From positions 5,580,001-5,644,000 of the forward strand of contig OX597835.1 in the NCBI GenBank assembly GCA_951406725.2: 64,000 nt of DNA, written 5' to 3'. The DNA comes from Octopus vulgaris (taxonomy: Eukaryota). Under the pieces are notes generated by a model, which ran no database searches, had not been told where the DNA came from, and was given only the letters and a program-made list of their open reading frames with translations. Of the stretch, positions 1 to 13,035 are shown in pieces (position 1 is the first letter of the stretch; every line of letters starts with the position of its first letter). The translations under genes and the position numbers were made by a program.

Positions 1-40
1 ATATATTCATATTTATATGCGTGTGTGTATGAGTGTGTAT

Positions 41-83
<43 letters not shown>

Positions 84-179
84 TCTACTAGTCAATATAA
101 TAGTGTTAAGTGAATTGGCTACATTCAGTACTGACAAATTTATGGCTGTTGGCCAGACTTAGAAGATCATTATCCTTTT

Positions 180-290
180 CACCATCATCATCATCATCTT
201 CAGCATCATCAGCATCATCACCACCAACTGCAACACCACCAACACTATTACAGCCATCATCATTATCATCACTGTTATCATAAATCATCA

Positions 291-335
<45 letters not shown>

Positions 336-343
336 CATTTTCA

Positions 344-407
<64 letters not shown>

Positions 408-408
408 C
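180..408. repeat. Compound (CAT)n/(ATT)n trinucleotide microsatellite
   Basis: Direct reading. Confidence 0.95.
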
Positions 409-640
409 ACTTTATCACAGGTTTTGTTGGCGCTCCCGGAGTCTTGCATGCGTAGCGGGCTTCCTACCTGCAGCCTACGGTACCATGCTATTCGCTCTTT
501 TGAGCTATCTAATACTTTCCTGATTATTCTGGCCATGCCAAGGAGGCAAGCCTTTTGTAACAGTTCTACTAGGCACTCTATTCCAATTTCCTTTATACCC
601 CTCTTGCTGCCTCCTGATACTATTCCCAAGGAAGGTAGAC
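409..640 (-). mobile_element. 3' end of an RLE-type non-LTR retrotransposon (R4/Dong-like) abutting (TAA)n
   Basis: Minus-strand translation GIKEIGIECLVELLQKACLLGMARIIRKVLD matches the C-terminal LQKAxLLGTARIxRKVL motif of restriction-like-endonuclease LINEs. The 3' end runs directly into (ATA)n, the known target of Dong-type elements. Confidence 0.75.
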
Positions 641-749
641 CTTCTGTACTTGGATGCTATCCTCAAGGCAGCTGGTTTCGATCCCGTTTTCAGAGGCTAG
701 ATCGCTGCAGTGTACAGCGACATCTACTCGATGGTGAAATCAAATGGCA

Positions 750-1690
750 ACCTCTAGGAATCATTTAGTATCGGACGTTCGGTCAAGGATGCCCACTCTC
801 ACCCCTTCTCTACGTACTGGCACTCGAGCCATTAGTGCGGAAGTTGGAGGTTTCTGGAAGTATCCCACGGGAACTGGGATGTGGAAGGTTCGTGTCAGCG
901 TATGCGGATGGCGTCCCTGTGATAGTGTCGGACATCTCGGAAATCGAGATGGTCGGCACCACCCTAAGGGAATACGAAGCGGTGACAGGAGTAATAATCA
1001 ATCAGAAAAAGTCAGTGGGCTGCAGCTCGGCACCTGGAGAGGTAGGCCCATACCAAACGACAGCGTTGTGGGGCGCTGGACGGAAGGATCTGTTAAGTTA
1101 CTCGGGATCTGGTTCGGTCAAGATTTCCAGGTGGACAAGAAATGGAGCGAGGTGACAGAGAGAGTGGCCAGTCTCACCCAGAAATGCGCCTAGAGGAAGC
1201 TCTCCCTGAAAGATCGGCGGGAGGTGAGGTGCGAATGCGTACATCGCATCCGCCATATACTACCGCCTGACTGTTGTCCCTTGTCCCGCTTTCTAGCTGA
1301 AAGTGCTGGTACGTTTGCTCTTCCGCTTCCTGTGGAAGCGACAGGTACAGCTTGTCAGACGGTCCATTTGCTGTCAGCACCCGTTGCGTGGAGGACTGGG
1401 CATGCCGTGGCTGAGGATGCGCAGATATGCGCTGAGGCTGCGACATCTCCAGCGATACCGTAACGGTGAGCAGGTGTGGTCACCGTTTGCCGAACGCGCT
1501 TTCCCACAGCTCGTCTCCTTGACAGAGCTACAGCCCTGAATCAAGTGTAGACCGAGGCAGGGTGCTTGGTATATAGAGTGTCTCCAAGCACTCACAGCCC
1601 TCGGCTAGTCGGACAATAGGGGATTAGTGGAGGGCAAGAGCGACAGCGTACTCGGAGAGGTCCTGGGCGTCGAGGAGGTCTCTACGGGTG
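750..1690 (+). mobile_element. Decayed Tx1/L1-clade LINE ORF2 fragment (RT core and thumb)
   Basis: Frameshifted pieces SAYADGVPVIVSD...LREYEAVTGVIINQKKS (YADD-like), VKLLGIWFG, RKLSLKDR, LLFRFLWK and PLRGGLGMP are typical of L1/Tx1 RT. The segment is GC-rich relative to its flanks. Confidence 0.85.
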
Positions 1691-2141
1691 CTACGTACCT
1701 GAAAAAAGAGAGAACGGATTGGTCACGGCTGGAGACTTCATAACTACAAATAAAGATACCATCTCTGTTTGTGAGTATTTGGCCCTGCACCAACATAGCT
1801 GAGGAATCAATATTTTATCAATCGATTGTAAGGGATAAAGGGTCAGTCGATCGTTCTCAACTGACAGTTGCTGCATGCTTGGGCAAATATGAAAATGATG
1901 AGTTTTCGCTAAATAAATATAATAATGGAATAACAGACATTCACACCAGCGCCACCTCCACCACCACTACGACAGCTGCTGCTGCTGCTGCTGCTGCTAC
2001 CGCTGCTCCAAATGAATCGACAGAAGTAGATTAACAAGACTTACTAGATCGTTTATATATTTGAGATGTGTGTGTATGTGTCTGCGTGTATTTATAAGTT
2101 TTTGTGTGCATGAGGGTACGTTTGGGGAGATCGTAAATATC

Positions 2142-2160
2142 TATACACACACACACACAC

Positions 2161-2191
<31 letters not shown>

Positions 2192-2330
2192 TGTATGTAT
2201 GTATGTATGTATGTATGTATGTATGTGCATGTATATCAATGAATATTTATGTGCATTTATGTATATATATATATATATATTTATAAGTGTGTGTGTGTAT
2301 GTATGTATGTATGTATGTTGTGTTGTATGT
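2142..2330. repeat. (CA)n/(TATG)n/(TA)n compound microsatellite
   Basis: Direct reading. Confidence 0.9.
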
Positions 2331-2494
2331 AGATAATCATGAAATATGTTCGTGATGTGTATAATTAGATAAACAAAACCCAAAACAATATTTGATGAAG
2401 ATGAAAATATGAGCGGATCAATAGGACGGTTCCTCACTCTGCTCAACTAATCCACATCAATAAAGAAATAAAGATTAAGTTTCGCCAAATCCCA

Positions 2495-2640
2495 CGGTGA
2501 ATTGGTAGAATGGTTAGGACAGTAAATAGAACGAACGCATTGTAGTATTTGTAACGGGTGTCTACATACTGAGTTCAAATTCTGGCGAGATCAATTTTGA
2601 ACTTCCTCGTCCTTGGGGTCCATAAATAAAATGCAATTCT
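2495..2640 (+). mobile_element. Old diverged SINE family B copy
   Basis: ggtgaattggtagaatggttag...gagttcaaattctggcgagatcaattttg...ggggtccataaat resembles the intact copy at 5211. Confidence 0.55.
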
Positions 2641-2940
2641 ATTTCTGGGATTTATACATCTCCTTAGATTGTTGTTGGTTCTTCAAAGGTACCTTCACTT
2701 TGGGAACGCTGATTTGACTCTGTGGATTACGCGATTGTGGAATACTCAAGCAGTTCCATATTAATTTCACCTGTGGTCAGACTGCATAAATAGCCAAACA
2801 ACCTAAATGGTGAGGGGAATGGTTTTGTTTTATTACGGGTACCATCCACGCGACTGTAGAGGAATCTGCATAGGTTTTGTGCATCCGGTTTGAATTCTGA
2901 GACTAGGACCCATGGTGCCCCATAATGAGATGGAACTCGT

Positions 2941-3057
2941 AAACTCAGAACTGAAATATAAATGTCAGCCGTGTGTCCACACATTATTTATTGTAGACAA
3001 TAAGGAAATCAATTGTAAGCGAGATAAAATTTATGAAAACAAAAGAAAAAACGAATA
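2941..3057 (+). repeat. Copy 1 of a ~117-bp direct repeat (copy 2 at 4602-4718)
   Basis: Ungapped alignment of aaactcaga...caattgtaagcgagata...cgaata, about 85% identical by eye. Confidence 0.85.
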
Positions 3058-3060
3058 GAT

Positions 3061-4600
3061 GTCTGGCAAACAACTTGCACATGGAAATGCTACCAGTCGA
3101 GAACCCCGCATACCGGAAGCCAGCAAGTGCATGAGGTCATCAGGAGAGAATGCGCGCCGTTTTGGGGCCTACCTCTTGACGGCATCAAGCGCACCGACCC
3201 CCACCTCACTGATATGAGGCTCCGCTTGCTAGATCAACTGGTTATTAAATATAACTCAATATTCCTCTAACCTTCCCTCATCGTCTCTTTTTAACCAAAT
3301 CCAGTGGCTTACCTTCCTCTCTGTAGTTTGGATATCGGTCATGGTGGTATTTTACGATGAGTTAGGGCTAACGATATCAACAGTCTTCTCACACTGTGTC
3401 CAACAAACCCTCTACATCTGACTTCGATTGGAAAATGTTCCGCTTTCCAGACTGCGTCTTCACATTCCTCGAGGAGGTTTACAAAACGGTCAATCTTTCG
3501 AGCCCGAGCGGTGTCCATGTTATATTCATGAGGAACCGTTAACTCGACTAGATTCACAACTTTCCTTCACACCACATTAAAATGTCAGGTGTTTTTCGTA
3601 TCTGGGATGGGAAAGAGTCCCTGGCACCCTGGTAAATCTGCAGTCACCTCCTAATAGCCGTTCCACTTTTCATTGCTCACAGGAAGTTTGTTGTTCTTCT
3701 TGAAACGGATCCGCTGTCCTCAGCGCACGAAGGTAATGAAATCTCTAGTTGGTACTTTCAACGGTTTTTTCTCATTGTTGCTGAGATCAATTTGGTTCTT
3801 TATAGCATTGAAGATAATCTTAAGGACCAGGTTGTGCCTCCATGTATACCTGTTCAATGCTAGTGAGCAGTTGGAAAGAATATGTTTCAGTGTTCCGACC
3901 TTTTCGCATTTGTATATATCATTCTCTGAAGCGTTCCGTCTTACTAGATTTGCAGGTGATGGTAAAACATCATGGGATGAACGAATCAGAAAACTTAGCC
4001 GAGATGTGGTCCACCTCCATATCTCATCCCAACTTATTTTCCTCTCAACAGCATGTTCCGCCCATCTCGTCATCTGTCCTCGTTGAATACATTGGATCAA
4101 ATGAAGCTCTCTTCACTCTGTTGCTAACAACAGATCTGCGTTCGCTCCGCATCATACTTGCAAACGGTCTGAACTGATCTGCGCCCAGACCAAGTCCTTT
4201 CCGATGAATTTCCGTTGCAGCCACCATGTCTCGGCGTGTATGAGAAGACAAGATGTCATCAGTCTCTGCTTCTGCTTTCCACTTCCAGACTGTTTTCATC
4301 TCTGATGGATTACGCCTGATTTCCATGTCCTTCGATTCTCTCACCATCATCACCGTCCGTACCTTCCCCAGTTTATATATTTCGACTATTGACGCCAGTG
4401 GTAACTGCAACGAGCCTCTATTACGACCATGAGCTGAACTGTTCAACATCAGAGGTAGTCCTAGCCACTTTCTAATGCACACATTACATTTTTGTTCAAT
4501 GATTTGAACTCATGACAATGCTACCTCGTATATTAAAAGTGGTCACGAAAGTCGTGGATACAAGCCGAACTGCAAGCACCAAATTTTATATTTACCTGGC
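3061..4600 (-). mobile_element. 5'-truncated, decayed Hero-like (R2-group, RLE) non-LTR retrotransposon
   Basis: Motifs RKWLGLP, DVLPSPANL, zinc knuckle CEKVGTLKHILSNC, RYTWRHNLVL, PDIL and the RLE motifs VELTVPHE...PIEVRCRGFV. It has frameshifts and stops, and a GC-rich 3' UTR at about 3060-3240. Confidence 0.9.
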
Positions 4601-5170
4601 AAAACTCAGAGTTGAAAGGTAAATGTCAGTCGTGTGCCCACCCATTGTTTATTGTAGAAAATAATGAGACCAATTGTAAGCGAGATAGAATTTATGGAAA
4701 CAGAAGCAAAAGCGAATATATTTTATGCGGTATTATTTTCCTGAAAATGGTACGGATTCAGCCTGGAAGGGTGGAACTGTACGGTATCTATTAAAATTGA
4801 TGCCAGTGCAGCTTCGGTGAAAAAATGGACATTTCAAGACAATTCTTGAAACTAATTACTATGATTCTTTGAACAGTGTTGACTATCAAGGAAATATTTC
4901 AACACATTTCATAAAATTGGAAAACGATTTGCCGGATGGAATCTATTTTCAGAAATATTGATTGAAATAAGTCAGGAATATGGACGAGAGTGCATACCTA
5001 ATCATTGCTTACCCTATAGTAAAAAACCAACAACAACAAAAAACTAAGAAAATGGGAAAGAGAATGATTAATGTCGCTTGATTTTATCTCTAAGAAACAG
5101 AAAATACTTTAACATTATTATACCAAATGTACATGTTTATGTACATTATTTTGCCATTTGTACATGTGTG

Positions 5171-5600
5171 GAGGAACATGGTTTAGTGGTTAGGTGGTTT
5201 AATGGTTTAAAGGCGGTGAGCTGGCAGAAACGTTAGCGTGCTGGGCGAAATGCTTAGCAGTATTTCGTCTGCCGCTACGTTCTGAGTTCAAATTCCGCCG
5301 AGGTCGACTTTGCCTTTCAGCCTTTCGGGGTCGATTAAATAAGTACCAGTTACGCACTGGGGTCGATATAATCGACTTAATCCGTTTGTCTGTCCTTGCT
5401 TGTCCTCTCTGTGTTTAGCCCCTTGTGGGTAGTAAAGAAATAGGTTTAGTGGTTAGGTTGTTGCACACATGATCGTAAGATTGTGGTTTCACATCCTGGA
5501 ACGGACGAGGTGTTGTACTCTTGAGCAAAACACTTCATTTCAAGTCGCTCTAATCCACTCATCCGGAGAAAATGAGTAACCATACGAAAGACAGGCGTCT
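5171..5600 (+). mobile_element. Old tRNA-derived SINE (family D-like) split by a family B insertion
   Basis: A-box-like catggtttagtggttagg; the sequence resumes at 5443 and contains cttgagcaaaacacttcattt, as in the 37855-38152 copy. Confidence 0.65.
5211..5442 (+). mobile_element. Full-length tRNA-derived SINE family B (Meta/MESC-like central domain)
   Basis: A box gagctggcagaaacgttag, B box gagttcaaattcc, central gactttgcctttcagcctttcggggtcgattaaataagtaccag, and a 16-bp TSD ggtttagtggttaggt. Confidence 0.9.
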
Positions 5601-6211
5601 TGTCCAAGATGGTAAGGGTGTGATATTAAAGTCACTGAACATGTTATTCATGCAGCTAAAGATTACCTTTATATTATTATTATTGAACAACGGGTAGAAT
5701 TAGCCGTCTGCAGGAAATACAGTATTCATCTGTCTATGCCGTTCACCATTCACTAAGGCAGTTATCCTTTAACACCTACCTTCATTTGAAGATGGAAATG
5801 TGTGTTGAGAAAAGTTCAGTTAATCTTGCCCTTCCTGTCAGTTTTCATTTCTTAGATAAGCAAATGTGTTAAAACTACTTTTACACTAATAGCAACCTTT
5901 CGTGTTGAAGTTTGTTAACACACTTCTCGATTGTTTATTTAACCAAAGACATACGTACGTCGCTGCGTATATATTTGTATGCATTTATATGTATGCATGC
6001 GATTGAGGATTTATGCATATTAGTTTGTCTCACATACGCACAAACACACGTGTACATATATATGTGTGTGTGTTTGTGTGTATATGTGTATTAGTGTACG
6101 CCTATGTGTATACATGTCCTTGCATTTATATGAGTATTTATAATGTGACTACACTTACAAGAATAGAAGAACATAAAAATACACCCACTCACACATAGGT
6201 GTCCATGTATG

Positions 6212-6277
<66 letters not shown>

Positions 6278-6353
6278 AAGACAGAGATCATAAATATATA
6301 TATCTACGTCTAAATATAGATGTAAAGACGTATATGTACACATATATCCATGG

Positions 6354-6427
<74 letters not shown>

Positions 6428-7104
6428 GACTTATATATACATGTATGCATATGTACTAAAGTAAATAAAGAAACAAGGCAAACACATTTATCATTTTTCT
6501 AATTCCCAAGTTGGTTCTGTTTAACATGCCGACATTGCACTCGTGTTTTTGCTGGTCTATATCAACATACTGAGTGAAAGAAACAAGCGAGGGAAAAAAA
6601 TTGTAAAAAAGACGACAGTTTGAAATCTTAAACTCAGAGATGTTGAATTCCCCATAAATCATTTGTTTCTCGACATATTGTAAAATAGTTGAGACGAATG
6701 AAACCATTGCATTGGTATTAGGTGGGCAGAAAGACAAGATGTCCGTTGAAAGAGCTGTAATGCCTGTGAAGACAACAGGAGTTATATTACCTACTCTGTA
6801 ATCATGGTCGCATTTTAGAAATGTGTCATCGCACGGTAGTGACAGCTGGTTTGAATTTGATACGGCATTTCATTATATGATCCTTCGACGTCTTTGAAAG
6901 AACAACTTAAGTTCCTCATGACGTGGTCTCCGATAGGTCAGCACAGTCAGAAGCGAACTGAGGCTAGAAAATTGTAACAATAACAAATGGAACAGGTTTC
7001 AGTCGGTCCATTGTAAAACGCGCTGCACTGGTTGTAGGCGGAATAAAAGCTTAGCAGGCCGCGCTCATTGATGGTACCGAGCTGTGTGAATGAGTCTCAG
7101 AGAA

Positions 7105-7517
7105 GATGTGGTGGCTGTGTAACAATAAACTTGCTTTCCAACCTCATGGAGCTGGGTTCAGTCCCACTGCGTAGCACCTTGGGCAAGTTTGTTCCACTAT
7201 AGTTTCGAGCTGACCAAAGGATCGTGAGTGGATTTGGTACACGAAAACTGAAAGAAGCCCGTCGTATGTGTGTGTGTTTGCGCACGTGCGTGTGTGTGTG
7301 TGTGTGTGTGAGTCTGTGTGTGGGTCTGTGTTTGTCCTCACACCATCGACTGACAGCCGGTGATGGTGTATTTACGTTCCCGTAACTTAGCGGTTGGAGA
7401 AAACATTTTGTTATAATAAGTACCAGGCTTTAACAAATGTAGTGTGGTCGATTTATTCGTCTAAAAATTCTTCAAGCATGGCCGCTGTCTAATGACTGAA
7501 ACAAGTAAAAGATAAAA
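7105..7517 (+). mobile_element. tRNA-derived SINE family A (CORE-like, internal TG microsatellite), diverged
   Basis: B box gggttcagtccc, CORE-like accttgggcaag, and tail gactgaaacaagtaaaag. Confidence 0.85.
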
Positions 7518-7537
7518 AGACATATGTACATATATAT

Positions 7538-7578
<41 letters not shown>

Positions 7579-7815
7579 TGTTTGTGTGTGCGTGTCTGTG
7601 AGTGGGTGTGTGTATATATATATGTGTGGATGTATATATATATGCAAATGTATACATATATGTATATATATATAGATAAATATATACATATGTATATTTA
7701 TATATGCATCCTAGAGAGATAGATACAATTTTAATAAAATCGGTAGTGTGATAAGGTTTTCTGGGACTATATTCGCAAGAAACCTAGGATATGGGACTAT
7801 TGATTTTTATTAAAA

Positions 7816-7865
<50 letters not shown>

Positions 7866-8645
7866 GTATGTATGTATGTATGTATGTATGTATGTATGTA
7901 TGTATGTATGTATGTATGTATGTGTATATAATGTGTGTGTCCGAGCGTGTGTGCATTTGGAGAGACATAGAGAGAATAGGCATTTTCAGTGTGTATGGGT
8001 TATAAATGGAACTTACCCAGCTCCTCTATATGTCAAGTTATGAAGTTAGACATTGTTTATAACGTCTAAGTGAAACAAACTTGGAAAGCGTTATCAGTGA
8101 CAGACAATATGTGTGTGTTTATGTGTGTCGGTATGCCTACGTAGATGTTTATGCTTCCGCTATCGTATCTGTTCGTACGTGCGCGTTATAGAGTACGTTT
8201 GTACCATTATCATGACACCAAAAAGCAAAATTCTTGTCCAGTATGTGACATGTTACTGTGGCTTCAACGACGCGTGGTTGCTGCTTATTTTTTGGTGGAA
8301 TAAGTAGCAAAAAAGTTTAAGTTTTCTGAATTAAATTCGTATCAAGGTAACAGGTCATTGAAGGTCATGTGAGAGCAATGAAGAAAAAGAAAAAAAATCA
8401 GAAGCAAAAAGAAAAAACGAAGCACAAAAAGAAAAAGGAAGTGAAAGTAGGAAATAAGAAAAACTGGTTTGACCTCGTCTCTTAGTAATGCAGGAGTAAT
8501 AAAACAAATTGTGATTGATGAGCTGTAAGAAGTATTTTGTTGTACATTTATCACTGACGTAGACAACCCATCCCTTCATATACACAGACCGCTCACCCAT
8601 ACTCATTAGATGTATGGACAATACACACCATATTTACCCACATCA

Positions 8646-8990
<345 letters not shown>

Positions 8991-9042
8991 GCGCGCGCAT
9001 AGTTATGTATGCATGTATCTATGTACGTATATACGCATTTAT

Positions 9043-9694
9043 AATAAGGGGCAAAATATCTGAGATAAAATTCATTTTTATTGGAAACCAAATAGAGAAT
9101 TGAAATTTATCATTAATCATCAAAGTTTCATAAAATTTCATACTTAGGGTACATGACCAACACACTTCTAATCGTATTATGAAAGGTTGAAAAATGGCCG
9201 GGTAATTTAGCGCGCCAAAACGAGGACATTTGAAATAGTAGCCACGAGTGTAATGGGAAGGACTGTTTTACAAGTCTGACTTTGTGCGGCCGTCCTAGTA
9301 TGCAGTCCTACAAATTATATTCACCTGGACGGTCGTACCGATGATCTACGGACAATTACGTAATTTGTTGATAGTGAAACATGTATACGAATAATCCATA
9401 TTTTTATTACTTGTTCTTTTGTCTTGCTCGATTACGTTTTGGTTGTTTTGCTAAATTTTTCTTGAGGACATTTCTTAGTGGTGAGACCGTAGCGGATCTA
9501 TTTCTAGCATATGGGTGTTCACATAGTGACTTCCCTCTAATATATATATATAATACAATTTTACTGAACCTTCAGTTTTTTTATGCTACACCACTGGTAT
9601 GAAATTTTATGAAACTTTGATTAATGATAAATTTCAATTCTCTAGTTGGTTTCCAATAAAAATGAATTTTATCTCAGATATTTTGCCACTTATT
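9043..9694. mobile_element. ~650-bp unit bounded by ~100-bp inverted repeats (MITE-like, or inverted Penelope pLTR pieces)
   Basis: 9043-9143 (aataaggggcaaaatatctgagataaaattc...aaatttcatac) is the near-perfect reverse complement of 9597-9694. Confidence 0.8.
9333..9390 (+). ncRNA. Minimal type I hammerhead ribozyme motif (U4C core variant)
   Basis: tcgta-CCGATGA-stem II (tctacggacaattacgtaatttgttgatagt)-GAAA-catg-TA-tacga. Perfect 5-bp stem I, palindromic stem III (ACATGT), GUA cleavage triplet. Confidence 0.7.
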
Positions 9695-9747
9695 CCACCA
9701 AAAAATAATCGATGTTAATTAAATTGATATCTAATTTCTCACCCTCA

Positions 9748-9795
<48 letters not shown>

Positions 9796-9906
9796 TGACT
9801 CAAAAATGTATTTTTTTAACCTTTTAAAACAAGCCTTCTGTAGTTTTTTCACTTTTTACTATTTTCTATATATTCAACCACGTGCTTTCACAAACCAACT
9901 TTCTCA

Positions 9907-9966
<60 letters not shown>

Positions 9967-9999
9967 CATTTATCGAAGTGTACAGTATTATATATCAGT

Positions 10000-10097
10000 T
10001 ACGGCCGATCTTAACAATTGGTTTTGCACTAGCTGTTCCATAGGATGTTAGGTAACAGTTCAATTATGTAACCCTGCGCTCTTCAGAGGTAGCCGTT
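10000..10097 (-). ncRNA. Degenerate hammerhead ribozyme motif in a Penelope-like remnant
   Basis: acggctacct-CTGAAGA-gcgc...gtgc-AAAA-ccaattgt-TA-agatcggccgt. The G of GAAA is mutated. Confidence 0.45.
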
Positions 10098-11027
10098 ATG
10101 GAATGAAATATGGCGACTGCTCTGTGTTGTTGGAGGTGAATAGACATACCGTTTGTGGCTGTTGTGAAAAAGACGATGAAACGAATCGAGCAGGGGATTA
10201 AGTTAAGAATTATGTTCCTTTGTATCAGAAACATAATTTCCGGGCATGGTTTTGTTGAAAGTTGTCAAGAGCTTTCTGGAAAAGAGTTATGGGAAATGTG
10301 TGTGTCTTTACGGTTGGTGACATTGTGAAAATGGAATGTGTGTAGCGGTATTATATGTATAGCCTTTGCAGGGATGAGAGCGGGGTATATACATTTGTGT
10401 TAGGGTATTTTCTTTGTTTCATGTTTTGATTTAATTTTTCGGGTATTTATGTATGTACGCGGTGTGTGTAAGGGTACAATATATACATGGGATTATATCA
10501 GGTGGATGTCGGTCGTGCTGGGTCGTATATTTAAACAACCACATATATATGCGCGTGTGTGTGAGTATAGACATATAAATATATATTATATATGTGTGTA
10601 TATGTAAACCGAGACCCATATATATATACATACACATAAACACACGCTTATATATTACTGCCCTTATCCTACCACCCACGTTCCTTACATTTTAACATTT
10701 GTTTAGCAATATTAACACATCACCTCCCCTCTCTGCCACACACTCCCCAACTTCCTTTCCTCATATTATTCCGAGCCATTTAACACAAGCTCAAAACCTA
10801 GTAGTATATATATATATATATATATGCATGTATGTTTGAGCGCATGCGTGTGTGTGTATGGTGTATACGGTGTGCGTCCGGAGTGGGGCTGCGTGTGGGT
10901 GTGTATGCGGTGATGCTAAATGTTTAAAACAAGAGTTACAGCACTCAATACACACTGATCAGTGTAATCGATTTGTTTGTTTATTTTATTTCAATACATA
11001 TTCATCCGCGCAATTTCTCTCCGTTTG

Positions 11028-11060
<33 letters not shown>

Positions 11061-11159
11061 TCAATTACGTGGGTTGGTGAGGTGGAAATCATTTGATGAA
11101 CGGAGAGAACACAAAATACTGTTTAATGGCCAGGAAATAATTATGGTTTTCACCGAATA

Positions 11160-11745
<586 letters not shown>

Positions 11746-12221
11746 GTAAGAACATTTGTTATAGTGGCAGTATATTTCTACGTCCTAGAGATGAGTATGT
11801 GTGTTAAACTGCATCATAATTAACATAAAAACTAATTATATAAAAACTAAATTGTGTATATCGTTTTTTATGTTAATCTAATTAACATAGAAACGATATA
11901 CATAAAATACAAATAACAATGCGTGCACCATTATTAATACATATATTAATTTTATGGCACCAATCTATGGGTTTCATGTGGCGTCGTGCAATCATCAACG
12001 TAGTAATGTCTTTCGGTTCTACAGCGTTTGTATTTATATGTGAGTTGGATATTAATTATTTAGCAGTGAAGTCAGCAGATTTGTTTTCGTAGTTTTTCAT
12101 GACTGAGATATCTTAGCTACGATGGAAATGTTTTAGTTTCAACACAGTCTTGCACGACGTCACTTGCTACATAAGTACACCTAGAACGGATTACTATGTA
12201 GCTGGATTACTGGATTATAAA

Positions 12222-12383
12222 GGCGTAGGAGTGGGTGTGTGGTAAGTAGCTTGCTTACCAACCACATGGTTCTGGGTTCAGTCCCACTGCGTGGCACCTT
12301 GGGCAGGTGTCTTCTAGTATAGCTTCGGGCCGACCAAAGCCTTGTGAGTGGATTTGGCAGGCGGAAACTGAAAGAAACCCGTC

Positions 12384-12420
<37 letters not shown>

Positions 12421-12690
12421 TGTGTGGAGTGGCTGTGTGGTAAGTAGCTTGCTTACCAACCACATGGTTCTGGGTTCAGTCCCACTGCGTGGCACTTTGG
12501 GCAAGTGTCTTCTACTATAGCCTCGGGCCGACCAATGCCTTGTGAGTAGATTTGGTAGACAGAAACTGAAAGAAACCCGTCGTATATATGTATATATATA
12601 TGTATATATATGTGTGTGTATATATGTATGTTTGTGTGTGTGTGTGTGTGTTTGTCCCTCACCGATAGAATAAGTACTAGGCTTACAAAG
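12222..12690 (+). mobile_element. Two head-to-tail SINE family A copies (12222-12385 5' half; 12426-12690)
   Basis: Repeated gtgtggtaagtagcttgcttaccaaccacatggttctgggttcagtcccactgcgtggcac, separated by (TA)n. Confidence 0.9.
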
Positions 12691-12879
12691 ACACCGTCCA
12701 AGTTAGTCACGTGGTTCTAACTTGCGACCTCAAAAAGCCGGAGTTTATTTCAGTCTGAGGTGTAAAGTCTGCCACGAAACTCGAAGTAAAGGTCTCGAAA
12801 AATAAACAGAGCTTTTTCCGGAGTCCGAGGCGTTTAGGTTGTAGAGAGCATGAGGCTTTCTCTTCCAGAAGAGAAAGCA

Positions 12880-13035
12880 GCTGAGTATCAAGTGTTAGTT
12901 CTCATTACTGCTAATTTTACAGAAGTAACATGAAATGAAGTGTCTTGCTCAAGGAATTAATGTGCCGCACAGTCTTGGACTCCAACCAACAAACCTAACG
13001 ACTGTAATACCAATAATCTAACAACTAACCCATGT
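12880..13035 (-). mobile_element. Diverged SINE family D-like fragment
   Basis: tgaaatgaagtgtcttgctcaagga matches 38045-38068. Confidence 0.5.

Noticed and set aside
8033-8084. Hammerhead-like hairpin (caagtt...ttagac/gtctaa...GAAAC...aacttg)
   Set aside because: It lacks the CUGANGA core and the NUH triplet.
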